Positions 47,777 through 58,004 of a stretch of DNA of 64,000 nt are shown here, one piece after another. Made by a program: the position numbers and the translations under genes. The stretch is from assembly GCA_044222185.1 (NCBI GenBank), contig JBGANV010000002.1:608001-672000 (forward strand). The letters are read 5' to 3'. The notes under the pieces are model-generated. The model worked only from the letters and a program-made list of their open reading frames with translations. It ran no database searches and had not been told where the DNA came from. Source of the DNA: Planctomycetota bacterium. Lineage in GTDB: Bacteria; Planctomycetota; GCA-002687715; CAIWVZ01. Numbering within the stretch: position 1 is the first letter of the stretch; every line of letters starts with the position of its first letter.

Positions 47777-50700
47777 ATGTCTGACTTTCCACCAGGATTC
47801 ATCCTTGGCGGTCGCTACCGGATCGAAGAGCGAATCGGCGTCGGTGGAATGGCCACCGTCTTCCGTGCCTTCGACCAGACCGGGGGAGGTCTGGTCGCGA
47901 TCAAGGTCCTCAGCAAGGACTTCCTGACACGCAATCCGAAGGAGGCCGAGCGCAACCTCCGGCGGTTCCGCCGCGAGGCCGACATCCTCAAGCTGCTCGT
48001 CGGCGACGCCCACGTCGTTCAATTCGTCGACCAGGGTACGACCGAGGACGGCGAGCACTACATCGCCATGGAGCTCCTGGTCGGCGAGCAGTTGCGATTC
48101 CACATCGGTCGCGGCCGCAATGCCATGGGCCTGCGGACCTTCGTCTATCACGCCCGGCTGATCACCGAGGGCCTGGCAGCGATCCACGCGAAGAAGCTCC
48201 TGCACCGCGACCTCGCGCCCGACAACATCTTCATCGTCAAGACGAAAGAGGGCCTTCCCTGGCCGAAATTCCTCGATTTCGGCATCGGCAAGTCACTGAC
48301 GGACAACCTGGACCAGGTCACCCAGATGCTCACCATCATGGGGAAACCGCAGTACTTCTCGCCCGAGCAGGCCCGCGGGCAGGAGCTGACGGCGCCGGCC
48401 GACGTCTACGCGTTGGGTGTCGTCCTCTACGAGATGGTGACCGGGTACGTGCCGCTGGAAATCCACGGCATCGCCGACCTTCGCAAGATCCAGAAGGAAC
48501 CACCGATCCCCATCTCGAACTATCGCGAGGGGCTCCGTCTTCCCGAGGACCTTCGCAACGTCATCATGCGCTGCCTCGCGAAGAAGCCGGAAGAGCGCCC
48601 GGCGCTCGCCGAGGTTCTCGCGACGCTCGACCGCTTTCAGGTGCGACTCGAGGCCGGGGAGGAGTTCCCACTTCCTGCCAGCGCCACTTCCGGCACGCCC
48701 ACGTCCACGGAGGCGATTGCGCCTTCGACTCAGTCGGAAGGCAGCGCCGTCTCCTCCGCCGCGTCTTCCGCCGCGTTCACCAAGGAATTCAGCGCGGGCG
48801 ACAACATCGGCCGCTTCCAGGTGAAGCAGAAGATCGGGCGAGGCGGGATGGGCGCCGTGTACCTCGCCTGGGACCCGATCCTCCACCGCGAAGTCGCGAT
48901 CAAGGTCGCGTCCCGCGTCGAGGAGGAGAAGGCGCGCCGAGCGGTGCTTCGTGAGGCACGGGCGTCGAGCCACTTGAGCTCGGAGAACGTCGTCACGATC
49001 TACGAGGCGGGAACGGAGGGCGGGGCACCCTACATCGCCATGGAGTACGTCCGCGGGCCCACGCTCGCGGACGTGATCGAGAAGGAAGGGTTCCTCGGAG
49101 GGGACCGCTTCTGGACGTTCGCGCAAGGCATCTGCGAAGGCCTCATCTACGCCCACGAGAACCCCAAGCCGATCATCCATCGCGACCTGAAGCCGGCGAA
49201 CATCCTCTGCGCGAACGAGACGGCGAAGATCACCGACTTCGGCATCGCCACCGTCGCCGCCGGGAAGTCCGGCCCCGCCGTCAGTGATCAGACCGGGTCG
49301 GTGGGCGGCGCCGAAGGCAGTGCGCTCACCATCAGCCCCGAGCAGGCCAACAACAAGCCTGTCGATCACCGCTCCGACATCTACTCGCTCGGTTGCGTCT
49401 TCTACATGATGGCGACGGGTCGCGCGCCGTTTCAGGGCAACCAGATCGCGATCCTCTACCAGCACTCGACGAAGACGCCGGATCCGCCGCAGAAGGTGAA
49501 CCCCAAGCTCGCGCCCGTCGCGCTGGGACCCATCATCCTCAAGTGCCTCGAGAAGGATCCCGCGCAGCGATACCAGTCGGTACGCGAGATCAAGGCGGAT
49601 CTGGAGGCGCTGTTCGTACCCCGAAGCACGGTGGAGAGACCGTGGCATCGGTCGCCGCTGGTTCTCGCGTCGCTTGCTGCCGTGCTGGCCGCGGCGGGGA
49701 TCCTGTTCTGGACCTTCTTCATCCGCAAGCCGCCGGAGGTCGTCACCCGCTTCGACGTCGTCCGCATCGGCGGTGAGCCCTTCCGCCCGGATGCGGGTCC
49801 GACCTTCTCCTACGTCGTCACGACCGACTCCGTTCCGCTGCGCATCTCGGCGACGACCGACGTGCAGCTGATCGCGACGGTGACGTCGAAGACCGACAAG
49901 ACGATCGGTCCGCCCCAGACGATCTCCGTGATGGCCGGCGATCCGCAGCCGCTGAACCTCGTGCTCGGCAAGGGGAGCGGCGAAACGGACGACTACGACG
50001 TGACGATCGAGCGGTCGGACAAGCAGGGCGAGCCGATCACGTTCCACGTCCTGCGCGACGTGAGCCGCCCTACCATCGCCGTGCAGACCTATGGCGCACC
50101 CTTCGTGCCCAACGGCCCCGTGCGAGTCATCCGGTCGCTCCGCCACCTGAACGTCGTCGTCACGGATCCGGCTGGGTTCGACGAGGCCGGCGCGGAGAAG
50201 ACGGTGAAACTCGCGGCGACGGCAAGCCGTCTCGGGCGAATCGAGTCCGAGCTGCTCCCTCCCGAGACCGACTCGAATCTCCGCAAGCTGCGCGTGAAGG
50301 CGTCGGATCGCGCGAACAACGCGTCCGAGATGCTCGCCGACGTGCAGTTCATCACCCCGGCGATCGAGTTCAAGAAACCGTCGACGACGACGCCGACACG
50401 CAACCGCAAGGTTCCCGTGGAGATCGTCGCGCGCGTCGCTGCAAAAGACGGCGTCGTCCCCGGCATCTCCGCCGCCGACATCGATCTGGGCGAACGGGGG
50501 ACGTTCGCCATCACCGTTCGCAGCGGCTCGGAGGTCGTGGAGAAGAAGATCGAACTGAAGCGGGCGCAGGTAGGGTACGCCGGCGAGTTCGAGCTGCCGG
50601 AGAAGCTGGGTACCGACTTCGACTTCTCGATCGAGGTGAGCGTCGACGACGAGGTCCTGGCTGAGTCGGGAACCAGGTTCACGTTCGATCGAACGCCGCC

Positions 50701-53700
50701 GAGCATCCGAGCCACCTGCGGGTCGACGACGGCGGTCTCGGATGCGGCCCCCAAACCGGACATGCCCGAGATGGCCCTCCTCGGCGGGCAGACTCTGGCC
50801 GACGCGATCCGATGCAAGCTGGACGATCACGGTCGAACCGTGCGCGGCGCGACGATCGACGTCACGACCGACCCCGGAACGACGACCCGGGTGACGGTCG
50901 ACGCCAACGGCGACTTCACGCTCCCGCCGACGGAGGCCGAGAAGTTCAAGGTCCATGCGGTCGCTCGGGACCTCGCTGGGAACGAAGCCACGCTGGATTT
51001 CCGCGTCGTGCGCAAGGGCACGCAGGTCTCCGGTCTGCGCCTCGGCACCGACGCGTTCGACATGGGCGCGCGCGTCTACGTGAAGGCCGACGGCATGCCG
51101 CTGTCGGTCACCGTGCTCGAGGTCTCTCCCGGCGATCGCGTGTTCGCCACGCTCCTGGATTCCACCGGCACCAAGCCCATCGGCGCCCCCGTGCCTTTGG
51201 AGCGCAGCGTGAAGGACGCGAAGGTGTGGGAGATCGGCCGTCTACCGCTCGGCCTCGAAGGCGCGACCGCCGCCGTTCGGAAGCTGCGCGTTTCGGTGGG
51301 CAAGGCCGCTGCGTCCGCCCAACCCAGCCCGAAGGATGCGACGATCCATTACGACAACGAGCCGCCGCGCATCGACATCTCCACGGGGACCGATGGGCAG
51401 GACGTCATCAAGTCGGGCACGACGCGAAACATCAGCCGATGGAAACCGATCACGATCCGCGTGACCGACAACGTCGGACTCAACGAGTTCAATCCGTCGA
51501 CCGCCGTGACGATCACCGGCGGCGACCCCTCGGCCGTTCCGACGATCATGCCGGCGCCTCAGCCAGCGTCACAGCCGGTGGATGGCCCGAAGGACGTCAC
51601 GATCGTGTTGGGTCCGCCCGAGAAGGCCGTCGACGGACGCTACGTCCTCGCCGTCGTCGCGCGTGACAACGCCGGCGCGGAGACCAGGGCCTCCATCACG
51701 CTCGACGTCGTCACCGTCGCCGTCGAGTTGCTGGAGGTGAACAATGACGCCGAGGCTGCCAAGTCGACGAGCGTCGACGCCCCCAAGGCCGTCAACTCGG
51801 ACGCCATCTCGCTGAAGGTGAAGGTGGCACCCAATCAATCCGTCCAGCGGCAGCTGGCGATCCGCGTGTTCCCGGAGGATTCCGAGAAGGGCATCGACCT
51901 CGCTCCTGCGACGCTTCCCCCGGACGGGTCGCCGGCGTTCGCGTACACGTTCAAGCTGCCGCGATCGCGGCCGGCGCCCGCCGAGCGCGGCCGCATCACC
52001 TTGAGCGTGAAGATGACGGGCACGAGCGGCTCCGAGAGCCTCGATCTTCCGCCGGTCTACTACATCATCGATTCGCTCCCGCCCGAGTACGAGGTCTGGC
52101 GTGACGGTGAGAAGCAGGACGTCTCGAAGCGCGACGACTGGATCAAGGTCGCCAAGATGAGCAGCCTGCGCCTGATCGTGACCGATGGTCAGGGGAGCGG
52201 GATCCCCGACGGTGCGTTCACTCGCGCCGAGATGAAGACTCCTGCCGAGTTCCGCGTCGAGCGCCGCGATCCGGCCACGATCGCCATCTCTTTCTCGGAC
52301 GCAGGCGAGCTCAAGGATCTCCAGGAGCTGAACTTCGAGGCTCGTGATCGCGCTGGGAACGTCACCCCGATCCGACTGCGCGTCGGGAAGGCGAAGGACG
52401 CGCCGTCGGCCGACATCGCTGCCGACGCGGGCCAGCGGCACCAATTACCGGACAACACCTACGTCCTTCGCGGAACGAAGGTGAAGCTCGTGTTCACGAA
52501 CGAGACCGTCGTCGTGCGGCGCGCCCGCTTCGAGGTGACGAAGGGCGGCAAGTCGGTGATGAGCGACGTCGTCGAACTGAACGAGAAGGTCACCTCGAAG
52601 ACGATCGATCTGGGCGAGAACGCCAACGGCGACCTCGAAGTGCGCTACTGGGCCTTGCGCGCGACGGGGGACGACCCGGAGCCGTTCCAGCGCCACCATC
52701 TCCGGTTCGACCAGACGCCGCCGACGCTCTCCGTCACCTCGGGCGGAGCTGCGGTCACGAGCGGGGCCAGCCTCACGGTCGCGTCCGCGGGCGACGTCCA
52801 GATCGAGACGAGCGACGACGTCACGAAGGGAGCGATCAAACCGGTCGTCTCCGTGGTCCCGAGCGACAGCGCCGCCGGCGCCGACGAGACGACGGCTGGC
52901 GCGTTCAGGCTGCGGATCCCGAGCCTTCGTCCGGGCGGCCGGGTCGACGTCACCGTCCGAGCTGAGGATGCCGTGGGGAACGCGACGAGCCTGACTTTCG
53001 GGCTCCAGATCCCGGCACCCACCGAGCGACCGACGCCCGTCGTGCCCACGCCGGCACCCGTCGTGCGAAGTCTCGACAACGAAACCGTGCGCCAGGAAGA
53101 CCAAGCCCGGACCGGCATTACGTTCGTTCCGGTCTACGATCGTGTAACGCCGGGCCGCGGCGGCACACCGGTCTTCTATATGTCCCAGACAGAGGTCACT
53201 AACGAGCAGTTCCTGCGGTTCGCAGCAGCTTATCGCGCCAAGACGATCCCCTCCGAACTCGTCAAGGGCGCGACGCGGGCGGGGCAGTCGGCTGTCGAGG
53301 AACTCGCCGCGTCGCTGTCTGGGCTGCGGCCGGAGGATTTGAAGCTGCCCGTGGTGAAACTCAACGGGCAGATGGCGCAGTCGGTCGCTGCCTGGGCAGG
53401 TGGTCGCATCCCGACGGCCATCGAGTGGCGGGGGGCTGCGGGTCGGTACCTCAAGGCCGACGCGGACTGGCCCGTGTACATCGAGGACGACGGATCGGTG
53501 AAGTCGGATACGTCATTCTTCTTGCGCGAGAACTTCGCGGTGTTCAGGCCGACACGCGGCGAGCCCAGCCTTTCGACGGTCGATCAGCTGCTTGCAGGTC
53601 AGAGACACTGCCCCTTCGGGATCGTTGGCCTTCCCGGCAACGCTTCCGAGTGGGTTGCGGACGAGAACGGTCTTGCCGTCGGCGTCCTCGGCGGGAGCTA

Positions 53701-53815
53701 CAACTACGCGCCATCGTCGAACATCCACGCGCGTCTCGACAAGCCGCACTACTCCCCGACGAATTCCAATCGCGATGCCGGCGTCCGCATCGTCTGGCCC
53801 AAGAAGGACAGGTGA
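47777..53815 (+). CDS. Membrane Ser/Thr kinase with two kinase domains, Ig-like repeats and C-terminal FGE-sulfatase-like domain
   Basis: Kinase 1: GVGGMATVF/VAIK/HRDLAPDN/DFG/SPE. Kinase 2: GRGGMGAVY/VAIK/HRDLKPAN/DFG/SPE. TM segment LVLASLAAVLAAAGILFWTFFI. Repeated DxxPP...AxDxAGN units. FGE-like TEVTNEQF...GNASEW...GGSY...GVRIV. Confidence 0.9.
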   Translation: MSDFPPGFILGGRYRIEERIGVGGMATVFRAFDQTGGGLVAIKVLSKDFLTRNPKEAERNLRRFRREADILKLLVGDAHVVQFVDQGTTEDGEHYIAMELLVGEQLRFHIGRGRNAMGLRTFVYHARLITEGLAAIHAKKLLHRDLAPDNIFIVKTKEGLPWPKFLDFGIGKSLTDNLDQVTQMLTIMGKPQYFSPEQARGQELTAPADVYALGVVLYEMVTGYVPLEIHGIADLRKIQKEPPIPISNYREGLRLPEDLRNVIMRCLAKKPEERPALAEVLATLDRFQVRLEAGEEFPLPASATSGTPTSTEAIAPSTQSEGSAVSSAASSAAFTKEFSAGDNIGRFQVKQKIGRGGMGAVYLAWDPILHREVAIKVASRVEEEKARRAVLREARASSHLSSENVVTIYEAGTEGGAPYIAMEYVRGPTLADVIEKEGFLGGDRFWTFAQGICEGLIYAHENPKPIIHRDLKPANILCANETAKITDFGIATVAAGKSGPAVSDQTGSVGGAEGSALTISPEQANNKPVDHRSDIYSLGCVFYMMATGRAPFQGNQIAILYQHSTKTPDPPQKVNPKLAPVALGPIILKCLEKDPAQRYQSVREIKADLEALFVPRSTVERPWHRSPLVLASLAAVLAAAGILFWTFFIRKPPEVVTRFDVVRIGGEPFRPDAGPTFSYVVTTDSVPLRISATTDVQLIATVTSKTDKTIGPPQTISVMAGDPQPLNLVLGKGSGETDDYDVTIERSDKQGEPITFHVLRDVSRPTIAVQTYGAPFVPNGPVRVIRSLRHLNVVVTDPAGFDEAGAEKTVKLAATASRLGRIESELLPPETDSNLRKLRVKASDRANNASEMLADVQFITPAIEFKKPSTTTPTRNRKVPVEIVARVAAKDGVVPGISAADIDLGERGTFAITVRSGSEVVEKKIELKRAQVGYAGEFELPEKLGTDFDFSIEVSVDDEVLAESGTRFTFDRTPPSIRATCGSTTAVSDAAPKPDMPEMALLGGQTLADAIRCKLDDHGRTVRGATIDVTTDPGTTTRVTVDANGDFTLPPTEAEKFKVHAVARDLAGNEATLDFRVVRKGTQVSGLRLGTDAFDMGARVYVKADGMPLSVTVLEVSPGDRVFATLLDSTGTKPIGAPVPLERSVKDAKVWEIGRLPLGLEGATAAVRKLRVSVGKAAASAQPSPKDATIHYDNEPPRIDISTGTDGQDVIKSGTTRNISRWKPITIRVTDNVGLNEFNPSTAVTITGGDPSAVPTIMPAPQPASQPVDGPKDVTIVLGPPEKAVDGRYVLAVVARDNAGAETRASITLDVVTVAVELLEVNNDAEAAKSTSVDAPKAVNSDAISLKVKVAPNQSVQRQLAIRVFPEDSEKGIDLAPATLPPDGSPAFAYTFKLPRSRPAPAERGRITLSVKMTGTSGSESLDLPPVYYIIDSLPPEYEVWRDGEKQDVSKRDDWIKVAKMSSLRLIVTDGQGSGIPDGAFTRAEMKTPAEFRVERRDPATIAISFSDAGELKDLQELNFEARDRAGNVTPIRLRVGKAKDAPSADIAADAGQRHQLPDNTYVLRGTKVKLVFTNETVVVRRARFEVTKGGKSVMSDVVELNEKVTSKTIDLGENANGDLEVRYWALRATGDDPEPFQRHHLRFDQTPPTLSVTSGGAAVTSGASLTVASAGDVQIETSDDVTKGAIKPVVSVVPSDSAAGADETTAGAFRLRIPSLRPGGRVDVTVRAEDAVGNATSLTFGLQIPAPTERPTPVVPTPAPVVRSLDNETVRQEDQARTGITFVPVYDRVTPGRGGTPVFYMSQTEVTNEQFLRFAAAYRAKTIPSELVKGATRAGQSAVEELAASLSGLRPEDLKLPVVKLNGQMAQSVAAWAGGRIPTAIEWRGAAGRYLKADADWPVYIEDDGSVKSDTSFFLRENFAVFRPTRGEPSLSTVDQLLAGQRHCPFGIVGLPGNASEWVADENGLAVGVLGGSYNYAPSSNIHARLDKPHYSPTNSNRDAGVRIVWPKKDR

Positions 53816-53823
53816 GGCCGGGC

Positions 53824-56769
53824 ATGGGGGTCGAACGACGCGTGAAGTTGCGACGGCGCTGGCTGAGGGTGGGGGCGGCTTCCGCTCTCGGTCTCGCCAT
53901 CCTGGTCGTCGGCGCCACGCTCGTCGAGCCGATCCGAATCGAGAGGCGCCTGCGCAACATCTGCCGCTCGCTCGAGACCAAGGACCCGCGGATCCTGATC
54001 GTCGAACTGCGCGACCGCGGGTTCTCGGCCATGACGCCCCGCCAAGCCGCGTGTAGGCGCAAGGCGTTCGAGCGCGCCGCCGCGCGCATCATCGCGGGCC
54101 ACCCGGGAGTGAAGAAGGCCGCGGACCAGCTCGTCGATCCCAGCGATCCGGACCGGGAGTACCTGACGGCCGACCAGACGCTCGTGGTGGAACTCGCCGT
54201 TCCGGTCGAGCTCCGCACGAAGGGCGCGAGCCTCCTCGTCGACGTCAACGGCGCGACGCAGAGCTCGATCCCGCTCGACAACGACGAATCGGAGCAACTC
54301 CTCCAACCTGTGCGCGTCGAGCCGGAAGGCCGGCGGACGGAGGTGGACTTCATCCTCGCTGTGACGTTCCACGACGGAACGGAGGCGCGCGTCCCATTGG
54401 TCCGTGGGCTGCGGCTGGGTCGGACGTCGCTGAAACCCGGCCTGTTCGTGAAGGCCGGTGAGAAGCTCATCGCTCTCGACGAGACATCCGAGCCGTCCCT
54501 CCGCGTCGACGTGAATGCCCCGTTGGAACTCGTCGTGCGGTGCGAGCACGGCATCTCTCACGCGGTGGCGCAATGCCCCGAGGTGAGCACCATCAGCCGT
54601 CCGTTCGACGGGTGTCCGAAAGAGGGGATGGTCAACCTCGACGAACTCACCCGGCATCCCCAGTCGATGAGCGTCGAGGTGCGTGCGCGGTCCATCCCTG
54701 GCGTTTCGCGCTCCGCGCGATTCGAACTGCGGGTTCGTGACCCCGCCGTCCCGGCCGTCGCCGGCGTTCGGGTCGCGGGTCAGACGCTCGACGAGGGCGG
54801 CATCGTCAGCACGCGCGAGTCGGCCATCGACGTCGAATTCACGATCCCATCGTTCGAATCGCCGACCGGTTACGCCGCCGAGCTTGCGGGGAAACCGTTG
54901 ACGCTTTCCGGCGGCGCGACGCTCCGTGCGCGCGCCGACCAACTGGACGAAGGCCTGCACGCGTTCGTCATCACCGCACCCGACGGCGTGGCCATGCGTG
55001 CGCAGGTTGCCGTCGATCACACGCCGCCGAAGGTCGTCGCGCGCGTCGATCCCTCCGGCCTCGATCGCCCGATCGAGCCGGGCGCGAATGCGACGCTGCT
55101 CGTGGTGCCCGCTTGCCTGGCGATCAGCGTTTCGGACGCGGGCGCCGTCGCCGCCGGCGATGTGTCGATCCGCGTGGAAGGCCGTGAGCCGCACGTCATC
55201 GACGATCCCGCCGCTCGCGGCGACCCGCACGAGACGACGCGCATCTTCCGATTCCAGGAGCCGGGGTCGACCGTCATCCGCGTGACGGCGCAGGACCGCG
55301 CCGGGAACCGCGCGGACGAGGTCGTGTATCGGCTTAAGACGGTGGATGCCGCGGAAGCGACGGTGGTGACGATCGGCGAGCGACCGTTCCCAGGGACGGC
55401 GACGACGGTCGTTCGGGCCGAGAACCTGCGGGCCGAGGTTCGCACGCTCCTGAGGCTCGACGACGTTCGCATCCTGCTGAGCGCCGCCGGCTCGCAGGCA
55501 TCGCCCGTGGTCGACACGCCGCTGGTTGCGAAGTCCGCCGATCGCCTGGCGGCCGACATCCAGGTCCCCGCACTCGGCGACCGGGGATGCGGGCTCTTCG
55601 ACGTCATCGTCGCTGCCGGCGCGCGCAACATCCTGGCCAGGGGACGGATTTTGATCGACGCGCAGCCGCCCCGCTGTGGCTTCGGGCCGAGCGAGCACGA
55701 CATCCACTGCGTGGGCGGGAGCCACGAGGTTCGGCTGACGGGGCAGGGCCCGCTTGCCGTATCCGTCGTCGACAACGTGGAGGTGGATCAGGCGAGCGTG
55801 TCCGTCGACGGCGCGACCGTGGCGCACGTCCTCGCGAACGACGGCCGAAACGTCTCCGTGATCCTCGGACTGACGCCGGGGACGGCGGGCGCAGTGACGG
55901 TCAGGATCCGTGACACGGCGGGGAATCCGGCCGCATTCGAGTTCCACGTCGTCGGATCGGCGCCCGTGGGCGTGCCGGCGGCCACGAGCCAGCCCACACC
56001 GCCGCTTCGCAACGTGCCTGCCGGAGGGAGCAGTCCGCCCCGCTCGCCCACACGTCAGGTCACGGGGCCGCAGCTCCTCGAAGTCCCGCGGCTCGGCGTT
56101 CACCGACTGGTCCGTCCCAAGCATGGAGTCTCGAAGTTCGACGGGTTCTACCTCGGCGAGCGCGAGGTCGGGGTTCGCGCGCTGCGCGAGTTCGTCCTCG
56201 ACCTTCGCCAGGGCGCGGACACGGTCGCCAAAGGGGGATTCACTCCCGCGGTCACCGCTCTCGCCGAGCGCGCGCTCCAGGCGAATCTCGACGCCGGTCG
56301 CAGCGGCGACATGGCCGCGGGCTGGATGTCCAGCGATCTCGCGCTGGCCTATGCATCGTGGGCCAACGTGGTTGCGCCCACGGAGGGTTACTGGCAGATC
56401 CCCTCGGTCGAGCAGTGGAAGCTGGCTGCCGGGCGCGCGCTCCATCAGGACTCGGTGTACCCGACCACCGCGCACGCCGAGGGCGGTTTGGACCTCTCGG
56501 AGGGCGAACCCGGTGGCGCGCTCTTTGGACGCCAGCCCGAGGCGATTGCGAAAGTTCGTATTAATTTCCAGCCCGGCAGCTTCGGGATCTTCGCCATGGC
56601 CGGCGGAGTCCACGAGTGGTGCGCTGAGCCGTCGGGGCGCCTTCGACTGATCGGTGGCTCGGTTTCGTCCGACAAGGCCGCTTGTCGCATCGATGCCGAT
56701 CCGCCCGCATACGAGTCCGTGCGCCCGGAGGTGGTCGGCCTGCGACTCGCGTTGGTGCCGGTCCGGTAG
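53824..56769 (+). CDS. Membrane-anchored Ig-like repeat protein with FGE-sulfatase-like C-terminal domain
   Basis: N-terminal TM segment. Ig-like units VDHTPP...QDRAGN and IDAQPP...RDTAGN. FGE-like FYLGEREV...IPSVEQWKLAA...MAGGVHEW...GGS...VGLRL. Confidence 0.82.
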   Translation: MGVERRVKLRRRWLRVGAASALGLAILVVGATLVEPIRIERRLRNICRSLETKDPRILIVELRDRGFSAMTPRQAACRRKAFERAAARIIAGHPGVKKAADQLVDPSDPDREYLTADQTLVVELAVPVELRTKGASLLVDVNGATQSSIPLDNDESEQLLQPVRVEPEGRRTEVDFILAVTFHDGTEARVPLVRGLRLGRTSLKPGLFVKAGEKLIALDETSEPSLRVDVNAPLELVVRCEHGISHAVAQCPEVSTISRPFDGCPKEGMVNLDELTRHPQSMSVEVRARSIPGVSRSARFELRVRDPAVPAVAGVRVAGQTLDEGGIVSTRESAIDVEFTIPSFESPTGYAAELAGKPLTLSGGATLRARADQLDEGLHAFVITAPDGVAMRAQVAVDHTPPKVVARVDPSGLDRPIEPGANATLLVVPACLAISVSDAGAVAAGDVSIRVEGREPHVIDDPAARGDPHETTRIFRFQEPGSTVIRVTAQDRAGNRADEVVYRLKTVDAAEATVVTIGERPFPGTATTVVRAENLRAEVRTLLRLDDVRILLSAAGSQASPVVDTPLVAKSADRLAADIQVPALGDRGCGLFDVIVAAGARNILARGRILIDAQPPRCGFGPSEHDIHCVGGSHEVRLTGQGPLAVSVVDNVEVDQASVSVDGATVAHVLANDGRNVSVILGLTPGTAGAVTVRIRDTAGNPAAFEFHVVGSAPVGVPAATSQPTPPLRNVPAGGSSPPRSPTRQVTGPQLLEVPRLGVHRLVRPKHGVSKFDGFYLGEREVGVRALREFVLDLRQGADTVAKGGFTPAVTALAERALQANLDAGRSGDMAAGWMSSDLALAYASWANVVAPTEGYWQIPSVEQWKLAAGRALHQDSVYPTTAHAEGGLDLSEGEPGGALFGRQPEAIAKVRINFQPGSFGIFAMAGGVHEWCAEPSGRLRLIGGSVSSDKAACRIDADPPAYESVRPEVVGLRLALVPVR

Positions 56770-56780
56770 GCGGTCGCGTG

Positions 56781-58004
56781 ATGATCAACCAGCTCCAGTT
56801 TGCGCTCCAGCACCTCACAGGGCCTCGGCGCGGACGCGAAGACGTGTTCGGGCTCGACCGGGTCGCCATCGGTCGGGGCCGCAACAATCAGCTCGCGTTC
56901 GACCCGGTCCTGGATCGGACTGTCAGCGCGCGTCATGCGGAGATCCGCATCGAAGAGGGAGCGGTCGTTCTCTACGACCTCGGCAGCCTGAACGGGACGT
57001 ACGTCAACGGGTCGAAGGTGCGGCGCGTGGTCCTCTCGGACGGCGACGAGATCGGGCTTGGGCGCGAGGGTCCGCGAATGCGAGTCCTCATGCGCTCGGG
57101 CAAGACGCCCAGCCCGATCCAGCCAGGCGACATCCCACCGAGCGTGGCGATCTCGTTCGATCCCGTGATGCCCGACTCCGCGCCTGCGCGCCGTCGCAAC
57201 TGGCTTCTCGTGGCGTGCGGAGTGGTCGCGCTCGCCGCTCTCGGCCTCGCGCTCTTCGTGCTGCTGCGACAGGAGCGGAGACTCGGTGAACTGGCGCCCG
57301 GTGGCACGCCTCCCACGCGCGACCCCGGCGTCGCGGCCGCAGTGCAGCCGACCGCTCCTTCGATGACGGCCGAGCCCACGGGCGCGCTGCTCTTGCGCGG
57401 AGTCCAACTGGACGCGAGCGGTCGCGCCATCGGCGGAGCCGACGTCGGCTATGCCGTGCTCGTGGCTCCAGAGGTCGCCGCCACGACGGGGACCGTGATC
57501 GAAACGGCGCAGGCCTACCTCGCGGCGCACCCTGGTTGCCGCATCGTCGCGTGGGCCGACGGAATCAACGCCCGCGAACGCCAGGTCACCGGGTTTTGGA
57601 GCGGGCCCGTGGTTGGATCGGGGTACGACGGCGCCATCTCCCTTCTTGCTCTCACGACCGGCTCGACCGCGTGGTCCACGCCACAGAGCACGGACGCGCT
57701 CACGAGCGAGAATCTCAAGTCGCTGGCCGTTCGCCGTCCGGGGATCGGTGAGCAGGCGATCTGGCTCGAGCAGCCGCTGCGTTTCTCCGGCGCGCGCCCC
57801 GACGGCGTCGATTCCGCCGACCTCCTGAGCCTGCGCGGCCTGCCCGCAACCTCCCCGGGCGCGCCCATCGTCGACACGACGACGAATCGCCTCGTGGGTC
57901 TTTCCCTCGGTCCCAACCATCCCGGGATCGCCATCGTCGCTCGCCACCTCAAATCCGCCCTCGACCTGATCCAAGGCACGCCCGCGGCGCCGCTGGAACA
58001 CTGA
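56781..58004 (+). CDS. FHA-domain membrane protein
   Basis: IGRG...VSARHAEI...DLGSLNGTYVNG (FHA phosphothreonine-binding residues). TM segment WLLVACGVVALAALGLALFVLL. Degenerate trypsin-like C-terminus. Confidence 0.88.
   Translation: MINQLQFALQHLTGPRRGREDVFGLDRVAIGRGRNNQLAFDPVLDRTVSARHAEIRIEEGAVVLYDLGSLNGTYVNGSKVRRVVLSDGDEIGLGREGPRMRVLMRSGKTPSPIQPGDIPPSVAISFDPVMPDSAPARRRNWLLVACGVVALAALGLALFVLLRQERRLGELAPGGTPPTRDPGVAAAVQPTAPSMTAEPTGALLLRGVQLDASGRAIGGADVGYAVLVAPEVAATTGTVIETAQAYLAAHPGCRIVAWADGINARERQVTGFWSGPVVGSGYDGAISLLALTTGSTAWSTPQSTDALTSENLKSLAVRRPGIGEQAIWLEQPLRFSGARPDGVDSADLLSLRGLPATSPGAPIVDTTTNRLVGLSLGPNHPGIAIVARHLKSALDLIQGTPAAPLEH

Noticed and set aside
53100-56769. Diversity-generating retroelement targeting the FGE (CLec-fold) domains
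   Set aside because: No reverse transcriptase and no near-identical template/variable repeat pair differing at adenines was seen in the window.
47777-58004. Type VI secretion locus
   Set aside because: The kinase, FGE and FHA domains resemble T6SS regulators, but no tss structural genes (Hcp, VgrG, TssB/C, TssM, ClpV) are present here.
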